DNA from: Takakia lepidozioides | Lineage: Eukaryota > Plantae > Bryophyta | DNA: 64,000 nucleotides | Assembly (NCBI GenBank): GCA_030704615.1 | Contig: CM060733.1 | Span: 49,414,001-49,478,000 of the forward strand | Direction: 5' to 3' | Shown: positions 52,116 through 64,000 of the stretch, in pieces | Numbering within the stretch: position 1 is the first letter of the stretch | Layout: each line of letters starts with the position of its first letter | The notes under the pieces: model-generated | Told to the model about the DNA's origin: nothing | Seen by the model: only the letters and a program-made list of their open reading frames with translations | Databases searched by the model: none | Made by a program: the position numbers and the translations under genes

Positions 52116-55100
52116 ATGGCGGTGGAATCCCAGGACAGCGAGTTAGAAAAGGGCTACAATGCAAGACTACCTGCAGGTTCGGCACAGGTAATTATGAGCC
52201 CATTGAGCGAGTCACTGTGGAGAGAGAAAGCCAACGGTGACAAAATGAGTGATGGCTCTGCCAGGCTTGTTTGGATGGACCTCTCGGTCACTGTTGCTGG
52301 GAAAGGCCCAAAGCAAACTATACTGCACGGCGTAACAGGTGCACAGCTCTCGCTTTCGCATGTGTTCTTAGATTTGCATGTACTCGGTAGCCAGCGCCAC
52401 ACGCAATTGGTGACTGATGTCAACAGTTGTATCCATGTAACTTAGTGCGTGGTGGGACTTACAGGGTACGCCGAGCAAGGCTCAATCCTGGCCATCATGG
52501 GGCCTTCAGGTTCGGGAAAATCCACACTGCTTGATGCTCTCGCAGGTACATAACTGCTGCACAAGGTAAATTAGTGGGTCGTGCAAGTTGGTCGTCGTGT
52601 GAGCGGACCACATGTAAATTATATATATACAATTTATCACAGGTGTGTGGTTCTCTTAGACTAGCGGAAGCAGCTGAGACTGGCCATCATCTAGCACCTG
52701 ATTGACCCCGCTTTTTCATTTGTATGGCAAATTCAGTTTTTTGTTCAAGCCTTCTTCTCTGGCGTGATCTCTTTGTCGTTTGAACAGGAAGACTGGCTAA
52801 GAACACTTCACAGACCGGGCGAATTTTTCTTAACGGACACCAGAGAACAACACTTTCTTATGGAACTGCGGTATGTCCTGGACGAGAGTGAGAGAGAGAG
52901 AGAGACAGAGAGAGGCTGGTTGAGGTGGCTGCCGCACCTGTCTTGCTGAGTGGGATTTCTTATAACTGCCCTTAACCTCAGGGCATGGGAACCTTTTATG
53001 TAGGGCTTTTACCTTGAACTATGCAACAGGAAGATCCACCCCCAAGAAACTTCCGTTCTCTAACTTTTGCTAGAACTTTTGCTGTGTTCCTGACTGAGAA
53101 GAGTAGTCTGGCTGATTTTTGTGTTGACAGGCATATGTGACTCAAACAGATGACCTCACAGGTACATTGACAGTAAAGGAGACACTTTACTACTCAGCAA
53201 ATTTGCGCCTGCCAGACAGGATGCCACGAGCTGAGAGGGAAGCACTTGTGGAGGGTACATTGCATGAGATGGGACTCCATGAATGTACAGATACCCCAGT
53301 TGGCAACTGGCATCTGCGGGGATTGAGTGGAGGTGAGAGGCGCCGGCTCAGCATTGCCCTGGAGATTTTGATTCGTCCTCGCCTGCTTTTTCTGGACGAG
53401 CCAACGAGTGGGTTGGACAGGTTGGTTTTGAACATCTATTGGACTGAGCCAGCTTCCGTTATTGGCCAGAAGGGGCAAGAATGTCTGAGCAGCCTTTGAA
53501 CGAAAGCATCTCTTGAAATGATTTTTGATGCCACGACAGTACACGGGTTGACATCTCAGTTGAGACCATTGTATATATTTGGATTGACGAGGTTACTCCA
53601 CGCACGTGAATCTGTGCAAGCTTCCACTTTGCAAGTTGTCTTTATCTGCTGATTTCCTTCTGATGTTTAATCGTTTCAAATCCGTGGCTGCAGTGCTGCA
53701 GCTTGTTTTGTGGCGACAACATTGAAAAACCTAGCCAGAGACGGACGCACCGTCATTGCCTCCATACATCAGCCGAGCAGTGAAGTGTTTGAATTGTTTG
53801 ACAATCTATTTTTGCTCTCGGGTGGACAAACCATTTACTTTGGGGAGGCTGCAAGTGCTCGTGAGGTAAACAATGGTGAACTCAAAGAGAATCTTACTGC
53901 ATGTTAGTTCATCAGTGATCTACCTTAACCTGTTTAATGTTTGAAGTGACTGTTCTTGAGTAGCCTGGGCATGGGATGGCTTGTTTTTGGGAGTATTCAA
54001 GGTTCAAGTTTCGTTTGTTTGTGGGTCTGCACAGTGACGATTGTACATGATGTGGAGAGTGACAGGGTTACAAGTGTGTGTTGACATGGGATAGGCTAAT
54101 GGCTGTGCAGCATTTTGCAGCAACGGGCTTCCCATGCCCACCATTACGCAATCCATCAGATCACTATCTACGGGCCATTAATGCTGACTTTGATCAAGTG
54201 AAGCGCACCAGGCTCCAAGCCTCTGTCAAGGTCAGTGTGAGTAGCCTTAAGTAATTGAACTGGTTGTCCAGAAAAGGATGCTCAAAATTTGCCATATGTA
54301 AATGCATCAGGGTGGAAATATTCTTTGCATCTTAAGGGACAACGGTTAACTGATAGTATGAAGAATTACCGGGCCATGAAACTATGGGCAGTTAGTGGTA
54401 TACTGGGAGTGTAGCACTGACCCAATTGGCGTTGTCCAAAACTGTGCTTGCACGTGTACATGGGAGCCGGTTTTTCCAAATTTGGCTTGGAGGAATGTTT
54501 TGGAAATGTGGACATCTGCACCATCTTTACACTCCATAGATGTGAAAGGATTCTAATGTGTGGAATCCATACATTTTTATTTTGCAAACTTTTCTCAATG
54601 TTTCTTAAACATGCAAATGAGTTGAAGGAAGTGTACTGTTTCTGGCATGCTATGAGCAGGATGTGCAGACTGTCGACCCACTGGACAAATTGAGCACCCA
54701 GCAGGTGGTGAGGATACTTGTTGATGCGTACCAGAACAGTGACTATGCAATAGCAGCTGTATCTAAGGCTCATGAGATTTCACAGATTGTACGTGCTATT
54801 TCTCTCTGCTGCCCTTTCAGTGGTCTAGATTTGACTAATGAATTTTGCTTTTCTGGAATACCATTCCTATCACTAATTGGCCTGGTGGTTGGTGCGCCGA
54901 AAATAGTAGTTGGAGGGTTCATGTTCAAACCCCTCATTAATGTGGTTGTAGCTTTTGTTAGGAAGCACAAATGAGTATACATGCTGCTTAGCAAGGTTCC
55001 GTAGCCTGCATCTCGCTTTCCTCTCTGATACATGCAAGCTAAATGTGTTGACACATTATCTCTCACACACCAACACGTTGCCTCTTTGTCACTGCCATTC

Positions 55101-57151
55101 TCACCCTCTTTCATCACAGGGTGCTTACTTTGTGCTGTTGTGCAGCAAGGGACTGTTGTCGAGTCCAGCGGAAGCCATGCAAGCTTTTTGAAGCAGTCTT
55201 TCACACTGACACAGCGCTCCTTTGTGAACATGAGCAGGGACATGGGATACTACTGGTTACGCCTTGTCTTATTCTTCCTGCTAAGCATATCCGTGGGTAC
55301 CATATTCTGGAAAGTTGGCTTTCATTATAGCTCCATCATGGTAAGATTATTTTTGTTTGTGCAATCTCATTGAAATCTCTGTTTCTCAGAGGGAGCATCA
55401 TATTTGGCAAGCAATGTATGACCTCATAATGGACTTCATTTTTGTTGATCTTGCCAAAGTTACAGCACATGAAGGTTTAGCGCGGAATATAATTGGACAC
55501 AGCAATGTGGTCCCTCTTCCCTAATTCTCAGAGAGGGGAAGCTCATGTAGATACTCGCTGGCACCCACAGGCAAGAGCAGGGTGCTTATTCTTTATTGCT
55601 GGATTCATGACAGCTATGGCCATTGGGAGCTTTCCCTCTTTTACAGAGGACATGAAGGTGCACAATTCACCGAACTCTTCCAACTTCTTGGTCTCTGAGG
55701 TTCCTCCTTCATTGTTGGCACCTCTCTGACATAATTTTCCACTTGAGATTGAGGGTTGGGGACTGTAATTAATCTGGTGTATTGCCATTACTGGCAGTTC
55801 ACATGCCTTCGCTTGGGCTCTTTCGTTCATTTTGCATAGTTATGGGTGTTCTAGTTCATAATGATGTTCATTTCCATGTGCAGGTGTTCACCCGAGAGAG
55901 ACTCAATGGACATTATGGGGTGGTTGCGTTTGTGATAGGCAACTCAATCTCATCATTGCCATTTCTTTTCCTCACCTCATTTGTTGCAGGCTCTGTTGTC
56001 TACTTCATGGCCCAGTTGCACTCAGGCTTTCCACATTATGCCTACTTAATCCTCTCCCTCTTTGCCCAGCTGGCATGTGTGGAGAGTCAAATGATGGCTG
56101 TGGCCAGTGTGGTTCCCAATTTTCTTATTGGCATCATTGTTGGCTCGGGGATTCAGGTATATTCATGCTGCACTTTCTGTACTCGTATATTTTCCTTTTT
56201 GAAGGAGCATCAGCCGAGATTATACTTTTTAGACCACCTCTACATAACAGTGTCCCCGCAACACAGAGGTGATGTCCACTTATGAAGACAGCGTATCTTA
56301 AGGCGTTTACGGTTATACAGGGTTAGGTGTGATTTTTATTTAGTCACACATCTGGAGATTGATAACATCCGGAGGATATAAGGACCATCTCTCTATACTG
56401 GATAACTAGCATATCTGTATATGGTTTAGTCTTGCAAAGAATCTCTTGCCAGGCTATGCTAAACAATGTCTTAAGAGTGCATTCTTGTAAGCCATGGAGG
56501 GAGTGGTGTTTCAACTGCTCAAGCTGAATTCATGTGCTTGCATGAGCAGGGTCTATTCATTATGGTGGCGGGCTTCTTCCGCCTAATTGACGATTTGCCA
56601 AAGCCTGTGTGGCGCTACCCTCTCTCTTACATGGCTTTCCACATGTATGCCTTACAGGTGAGAAATACACTTCCTCAGTGCTAAGTGATCGTTTTTTCAG
56701 TTTTGTCAATCAGTATTGTTTTGGTTCAGGAAAGTTCAGGAAAGTTCGATGTCCCCTCTCAGTTGAAGTGTTGATAATCTTGCAGGGAATGTTCAAGAAC
56801 GAGTTCCTTGGGCTGACCTTCGATAGCCTTGACGGCACTGGTCCAAGAACCCCTGGGTCCTATGTGGTGGAAAAGTTCTACGGCATAAAAAACAAGCGGG
56901 GCAAGTGGCAAGACCTGTTTATCCTGTTCGGGATGATTTTTGTATACCGACTCCTGTTCTTTGTATGTATAAAGTACAAAGAGAAGGTGGGACCAATGAT
57001 CCGCTCCTTTCAAGCACAGCAACGCACCAGGAAAAAACAACTCTCAGAGTTACAGATCATCACCCAGCCTGTTGCGGCTTCACCTTCCCCCATCCACTCG
57101 CAAGCCTGTTGCATGCAGCAGGCAAGCAGTGACAACTATGCAATCCTGTAG
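52116..57151 (+). CDS. ABCG (WBC) half-size ABC transporter, ABCG11/12/15-like
   Basis: Walker [14 protein letters not shown], signature LSGGERRR, Walker [67 protein letters not shown]; ~12 exons, stop 57151. Confidence 0.95.
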
Positions 57152-58539
57152 TGCAGCCCGTTTCATTCCACTCGGTCATAATTTAGCTTTCCTACACTAG
57201 GACAATGAAACCACTGTGTGCCACATCTATCGAATTTTCCTTCGTTTTTGTGTCATTCTGACTTCTAAACCCACACCTAAGAAACCCCAATTCCTTGAAA
57301 ACAATTCCTTGAAAACCTGGCCTGGAATTTTCTTTTGGTTTTTCTGGTCCTTCATTTCTGTAATCTCCCAGTAGAACAACGACAACAGTTGGAAGGTCCC
57401 TTTACACATCTGATAGCCGTAAGACGAATATGTTTAGAGCATGATGCGATTATGTGGTGTGTGTCTAGAATGCGCATATGGAATCATCCACAAGCTGGAT
57501 GGGAACACTAGGGAGACTTGGCTGGTGGCACTAACATTCTGACCTTTCATAGTGGAGAAATGTCGAGCATACCTTCAATTCTGAGAAGGGAAGCAATTGG
57601 AGTGCTAGTACCGCTCTGCCAACACAGTGGAAATTGCTTCCTACGTAAAAATTTCATAGAATTTCTACGCTGATGCGTAGATATCACATTCTAAGTATCT
57701 CTAGAGGATTGAAGCTTTCAATGCTATCTTTGTGAAACTCAACTATGTCAACTTGTAGGACAATCTACCACCCCTGTCTGGTATTCTGATTCTCATACTC
57801 TCTCGTGACTAAAGCGCATGTGCAAAGAAGCAGGCTCACGAGGCCCTCTAATTTTTGCCTAAAAATCACAATCCAAGTCTTGGATTAGAGTCTCTGGACC
57901 AATGCATACTTCAACATTCGGAATTTGTTGGATGCGATGTTCATTCTTCACTGTATGATCTGTTTCTTGTTTCTCTCATGAACATTGTACAACGCAGAAA
58001 ACTGCACCCAATCTTACTGGGACTTTTAGTTCGTAGGGGATCTCCCTGTATCTTTGGCATAAAAACAAGAAAATGAAAAGGTGAATTCCCAGAACTACTA
58101 GGATAAAATAGATTCGCTGCAAAAACACTCGAGCTTTTGTCTTTACAATGTGCAAGATGACTCTAGTAAAACACATTGTTGCTGCAGCCTGGACACAGAA
58201 GTTCATTTGTTGGGGATTGCAGATGGAGCACGATGGATCTCTGACATTTAGCATCGTGGACCAATGGTCCGAGTGTAGACAGTTTGTGACTTCATCCTAG
58301 CAGGTTGCAGAAGTGTCATTGAGCCTTATGTTTCCTCCGATCTTTTGAGAGACCCTCCCCGATAAGGTTTTTGCAAAGCTTCAGTGCCATGGTTTGATGG
58401 TCGTTCGCATTGCCTGATCGTGACCACGGACAGCTCACTGAAAATGCAGCTGGTTGTCACTTTGTCTCTGTTTACAAAAATAATAAGCAATGACCTTTCC
58501 GCACTCATGATAGAACAGAGGCCCTTAAATTATTATTAA

Positions 58540-60460
58540 AGTAAATTGCGCTCGTGCCTGCAGTCAATTGACCAAAAGCAGCAAGATCTTGAGCGGGGAG
58601 AGACATGGGAAAGGAGACACAAAGAGATGTGTCCTATACATTCCACAGTAGGTCCAGTCTTGCCTTGGATCGAGCCATAGCCCAAGGTCGGCTGCATGCA
58701 ACCTGAGCATCCACTTGCATCAGCCACTGCATACCAATGATGGCGTCGTTCTTTGAGCCGTCCCAAACTTCAAAATCGACCTGCCTCCATCCCCTGCATC
58801 TCAACTGGGACTCCCAGCACTCTGTTTCGTAAATCCAATACTCCCATCAGGAAGCAATATGATGCTCGATTCTGCCATCACTGCTTGTAAGATCTTGCCT
58901 TTGTCAGCTAGCCTCTGAGATAGAAAATTGTGAGAACTTCCAAGATCGATAAGGATGGTCGTAGGTTCTCCACCTACACAACCTTCAAGCTTGATGACAT
59001 TAGGTTTGAAATTAATCTTGTCATTCATCACTGCAGCTGATATTCTCAATTGCTGCTTCCCCTAATCAAACCATGCATGTTCGTCATTAACGTTCATCTT
59101 CTGATCTTCCACCTCATGAACAACAATTGCCGCAGATTGGACTTGGCCTAATTTCACAGGACAATCAAATGCTCTGTGGTTCTTCTCATGGCAAATAAAA
59201 CAAAGGCCCAAACGTCTGTGAGTCTCCTTCTCCTGTTCCGTCAGACGCTTGGTCGCTATTTGAGGTCGAGGCTTCTAAACCTGGGTACAGTTGGTCTTAT
59301 GAATTTCTTATTAGGCCTCTTCCAATTCTTCCTCTTGCCTGTGACAAAAGAGAACTTATTTGGCCTGTATTCCCTTTCTCCAGGCGCACTTGCAGCAAAG
59401 TGTGCCCTGCTTTGACTCTCAAAAGTAGTAGCCAACCTGTAAGCCTCAGTCTCAGTCTTTGGCTCATGTGCCTGGACCAAAAACCTGATAGACTTGTCCA
59501 ATCCCTTCAAGAAGAAGTCAATCCTATCTGCTTCCTTCAGGGATGAGAAATAAAAAGCATGCTTGTCGAACTTGATTTTGTAATCTGCAACGTTCATCCT
59601 CCCTTGATCAAGTTCCATAAATCCCATTTTCATCTTATGAGCATGATCTTCTGTCGTACATTGTTCAGTGAACAGTCGCCGAAACTTCACCCATGTACGT
59701 ACAACCATCTCTGGGTTTCCCTTCATCCTAATCCACCATTCTTTTGCCTTACCTCTCATCTGTAAGGATGTCGTCCGAATCTTATCAGCGTCAGTGTAAT
59801 CCTCGCTGAAAAATTCTTCAAGCATTTCCAGGAATGAAAGGACTTATGTGCACCTGGGTGTAGCTGAACGGCGATGGAATTATGGCAACCTCACCATCTT
59901 CCTAATTTCTCTATCCATTATCCACCTCTTTGCAACACGAGTAAGGCCCCATGACTCTCCCGTGATGAAATAGATTTGGAAGGGGATCTTTCCCTTTGAG
60001 AACCCCTAGAATTTCTAGTCTTCGTCGCAGGGTCTCTCTGTGCATCGATGGATTGGCCAACATTCACCTGTCTTTGGCAACCCTCATCTGGAAGGCACTA
60101 GGTTGCATTGACTAACGTGCTAATAGTGCTCCAGGCATTTTAATTCCTGCCCCTACCAATTCTTTCACGGCAGGCAGCGTGTATGCCTTCTTTTATGGCT
60201 GCTTGCACCATCAAGGGTATCATGAAATTTGCCTCACTACTAGCAGGAGGATCATCAACGGCTTTACCTAGATCTGCCATCACCCCTTCCACAATCTGAT
60301 CTGCAGGTCGAGATCCAGCCGCCGCTTCTAAATTTAGACGCTCTATCGCGACCATCTCCACGCTCTCGCTCCTCAATTGAGAACTGCCGCTCCCGTAAGT
60401 CAACTGACTCATGCACCTCAGGTCCAACAAGCTCGAACCGCTTTGATACCAAATGCTACA
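58540..60460 (-). mobile_element. Ty3/Gypsy LTR-retrotransposon remnant: PBS, gag, zinc knuckle, aspartic protease
   Basis: PBS TGGTATCAAAGC (~60451-60440) just after ...GTAGCA. Gag MRGKAKEWW..LDQGRMNVADY..F (59256-59825). CFICHEKNHRAFDC knuckle. ILIDLGSSHNFL and DAIIGMQWL protease. Frameshifted; LTR limits unresolved. Confidence 0.85.
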
Positions 60461-63400
60461 TTCCTCCTATTCCTTTCCAGTCCTTGTCCACGATCTGATT
60501 TTTCCAAGTCACTTTCTCATTCCAATTTACACATTTACAGATCGTTTCATTATAGATCACCGATCCTGTTTTGGCCTCCACTGAGAATCTACTCTGTTTC
60601 TCTCTGTACATAAACTGATCTTCTATCATATCCTATGCACAATTTTGGATTTCACAGTCCAGACCACCTATCCTCCACACTGTGCATCAACTCTATTCAC
60701 ATGCATCAACGGGCAATGTAGGTCTGATCGTCATCTTCATCTTCCAAGCTCGTTAGCTCTTCCCTTGCTCTGCCGTGCATTAATTCTTTTTCAATGTGCA
60801 GATTCCCTATTTTCCACGTTGAGGTATGGCCATTTCAATCAGCTTCTGTAATCGCTAGCCACCTCATAACCCTCGTTTCATTCCTAGAACGTTCATATTC
60901 AAAGAGAACTTGTTCTTTATTCCAACTAGGCTTCAACCTATCACAGGTTCGAGCCCATGTACATAACAGAGGTGTCGCTAGTAAGCCTGCAAGAGCTATT
61001 AGACCGGTTCACTAACACAGAGGTGCAAGAGAACAAAGGTGATGATCTAGCAGGGAGCCACTCATTTACGAGACGCTCAACCTCGAAAAGGATCCGTGGC
61101 AAGCGACACTGATATGGGCCTTGACAAGCCTTGACAAGCCTGGACAAGTTCATTCCTGTGGAGGATGATGAGCAATGCAGAGGATGCACGAAGGAGGAGG
61201 GACTACAGTCTACAACTCGAATGGTAACAGAAAACAGTTGGAGCACGGTAAGATCTTAGGCGGGGGTTTCTATGTTATATCTAATTCGCCAGTTCTTTCT
61301 GATCTCCTGCGAAAATATAAACCTTCAACCTTGGACCTACTTCGTGCCCAAATCAAATTATTGGGGCTGATTTGATTTGGGTTTGTAAAGAGGTCCTAAA
61401 TATTGGAGCTACAAGGGTGCTTTGATTTTTGATAAGGACATCTTGGTGCAGTAGGAATATTTCCTGCATTGTAGCCCAACAGCAATTAATATGTTTCGAA
61501 CCTGGATGATAGGTAAAAAATATTTGTTATACTCGATTGTAATGTTGTTCATTCTTCTAATAAAATTTAATGGTTATTCATCCGAACGATATCCCTATGT
61601 TGAAAGTTGAAAGGCCACATAATAGGGTAGTCACAAATGCGTTAACTGAGTCTTCACTATTTGAAAACTCTTGTGCTCTCTAAGTGTGAACTGGTGAGGA
61701 GCATGCGTAGGGTGGTTTCCCTGCCATAAGCCCTCACGGCTTTGCATTATTTTCTCCATGCCAAGGCTTCCTCCCATGGTGTTTTTTTAAAGAAATATTT
61801 AAATTTATAAAAAAAAATAAAAAATCGTATGTGATCTTTGAAGCGGTTTGATCATTTCCAACGTATAGAAAAGCCTGATTAATGGACATAAGTGTGCAAG
61901 ATACCTACACTATGGAGTGCATGCTACCTTAAGAGCTTATTTTCATAAGTTTTTTCTGTAAAAAAAATAAGACCCATTGATGTAGGGTAAGTGTAAATAT
62001 GGGGTATGCAGTGGGTTTCAAGCATGTTTGTGGCCATGAAGATAAGTGGTGATTACCAATAACCGGTGATGTTGTAATAGCCAAACAGAAGAGATAATTG
62101 TTCATCCATTTTGAAACACCCACCCCTATTGAGAAATCACCTGCTATCTTCACACCGTTTCACCTATTTCATGCCCATGGCACAAGCCAGCCAGACTGCG
62201 TCAATCACCGGTTATCCCAAAAACATGCTAGTGGAGTAGGTTTGTGAGATTGCGGGTAATGTGAATCACTGTTATTTTTCATGGTGACGCCTGTACAAGA
62301 ACAAGAACAAGCGGCTAGTCGCGTATGGCTCCTCCTTACACTTACTGGAATCTACTTTCATCCATAATAAACTTGAAAATTGATCTATTTATTTTTCACA
62401 AGTTGTTCAACAATGGAGATGTTACCTGAAGGAGGTTGCTAGTTGTTACCTGGAGAAGGCTTGAAATAGTTTTCAGCAAATGAGAGGAGGAGGGGCTTAG
62501 CTATTTTTGACACTGTCTCCTCTTTACAATAAAGAGAAGCCAATAAAATAAATAACCGTTCATTCTAATCACCGGTTAGTATCTTGAACCCAAACAGAAA
62601 ACCCACTAAATACTTTTGGATCCCAAAATCTGCTACACATTTACTGTCAAATTTTCTAATATAAAATAGAGAAAAAAATTATTATGTTAATTGAAACCCC
62701 ATAGACTCTTGATGGGGAAAATCAACCCCCTTTCTGTAAACAGAGCCCCTGCCCCAAGCAGAGGAAACCAACAGTGGATTGAACATTGAACCCCAGACCG
62801 GCCACGTGCCATAGTCCTGGAAATTACATGTCTGACAATTTTTCTGGATGCACCAACTTTTATTCCCTTTTTTGGAGAAAAAAGGGCAAAAGGGCAAGCA
62901 ACAAGCCACACACCTGCCAGTAAGTTACTCTCAGTGCACGGAAAGTGGGTGGCCTGCTCTTCAATTGCTACCAACTTGCAGGGCCTTACAATCCTCGTAT
63001 GCAATACAAAGCGCGTACTCTCCAGTCCTGCTTTGTCTCCTGCATCCAACTTTAGAAAGCCCTTTCCTTAATCTCACTCAGAAAAGCTGTGCTATAAAAA
63101 GCTCCAATTCCCTGGGCCCGCACACCAAGATCAGCAGAGCAAGTGCCGGGATGCATCCCACCTCATCACTCCCAGCGCTGCATGCAAACAGGTACATTGT
63201 ACAAGGCTGTTCCCCCGTACAGTGAACGTATTCCCTTAAAGAGAGAATGTGTTCTCTTGCAGTGTGTAATTTTGGTAAAGGTGACATGGTGGTAGGTGTG
63301 ATAAAGGGTGATTGGCGGTGTAAAGAAGAGGGCTGAGGACCGCAGCCGCTTCGTGTCCGTCTTGGTTTCTGCTCCGTCTTCACACTGTTGGGTTCTGTTT

Positions 63401-64000
63401 GTTGGAGGTTTTTCTGAGGGGTTTAGGGGTGTTTGGTGAGCGTGCTGTGGGTGGGTTTGGAGTGTTTCAGTGTCATCTTCTGTGTCTGCATCCGTGTGTG
63501 TGAAGTGGGTCGATGAAGATAGCGGAGAGGGCCTGGCGGATACAAGTGGTGGGCCGTAATGGCAAGGAGATCATCAAAGGCGGTGTTGAAGTGTCCGATG
63601 ATGTGTGCCTCCCTTCTCCCTACATTTCTCTCTGCTCGTTTGGTTTCAGGAGTTTTTCACTGCTCTTTGCACATTGTAGTGACCTATGGGTTTTTTCGAG
63701 GATGTTGGCCAGCCAGGAAGGGTGTTCTTTTCCGCGTCCTGGTTCTTTTATGGCAGATTGTAAATACAGAGACATGAAGGAGTGATGGCTGAAGGATGAC
63801 GACTTGGCAGGACTCCCATTAAATATCTAAAACGGCGACCATCCTATATGTATATGTGTGCATTTAGTCATGCATTTGGTTCGCACTCCCTACAGTGACG
63901 CCTGATACGATGGCTATAAGATATGGGAGGATGATGTTCCGTTGTTTGTGGTCCAGAGTACCAAATCCGTTTGTGAACCACGGGTTTCGTAGACGCGTTT

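Noticed and set aside
61000-61560. Possible plus-strand Gypsy 3' end (aggcggggg polypurine tract then TGTTA)
   Set aside because: Too degenerate to support; no paired LTR.
62680-64000. ORFs near the right edge
   Set aside because: Stop-interrupted with no recognisable family; cannot be judged without downstream sequence.

Overview
Eukaryotic nuclear DNA with spliced genes, most likely a non-seed land plant (inferred from a microbial-type terpene synthase, a SELMODRAFT_444075-type kinase, TTTAGGG repeats and a plant tRNA-Ala). Conserved genes: cytosolic isoleucyl-tRNA synthetase (minus, runs off the left edge), proteasome alpha-7/PAG1, a USP-like + receptor-like cytoplasmic kinase, tRNA-Ala(AGC), a CWF19L1/C3H64 CCCH gene with a U12 AT-AC intron, a disrupted microbial terpene synthase-like gene and an ABCG half-transporter. 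Most striking: a 3.2-kb unique cassette (15220-18438) carrying a spliced gene for a small header domain + PD-(D/E)xK nuclease + protein kinase (Crinkler/RHS-effector-like architecture). It sits exactly at the junction between duplicated pieces of both neighbouring genes. The window also has a decayed zinc-finger/Ulp1-like element saturated with CAGACC motifs and interrupted by a foldback element of 32-bp palindromes, a 52-bp minisatellite, (CT)n-associated LINE fragments, pogo-like and hAT MITEs, and a Ty3/Gypsy gag-protease remnant. Exon boundaries were read by eye and need RNA confirmation.
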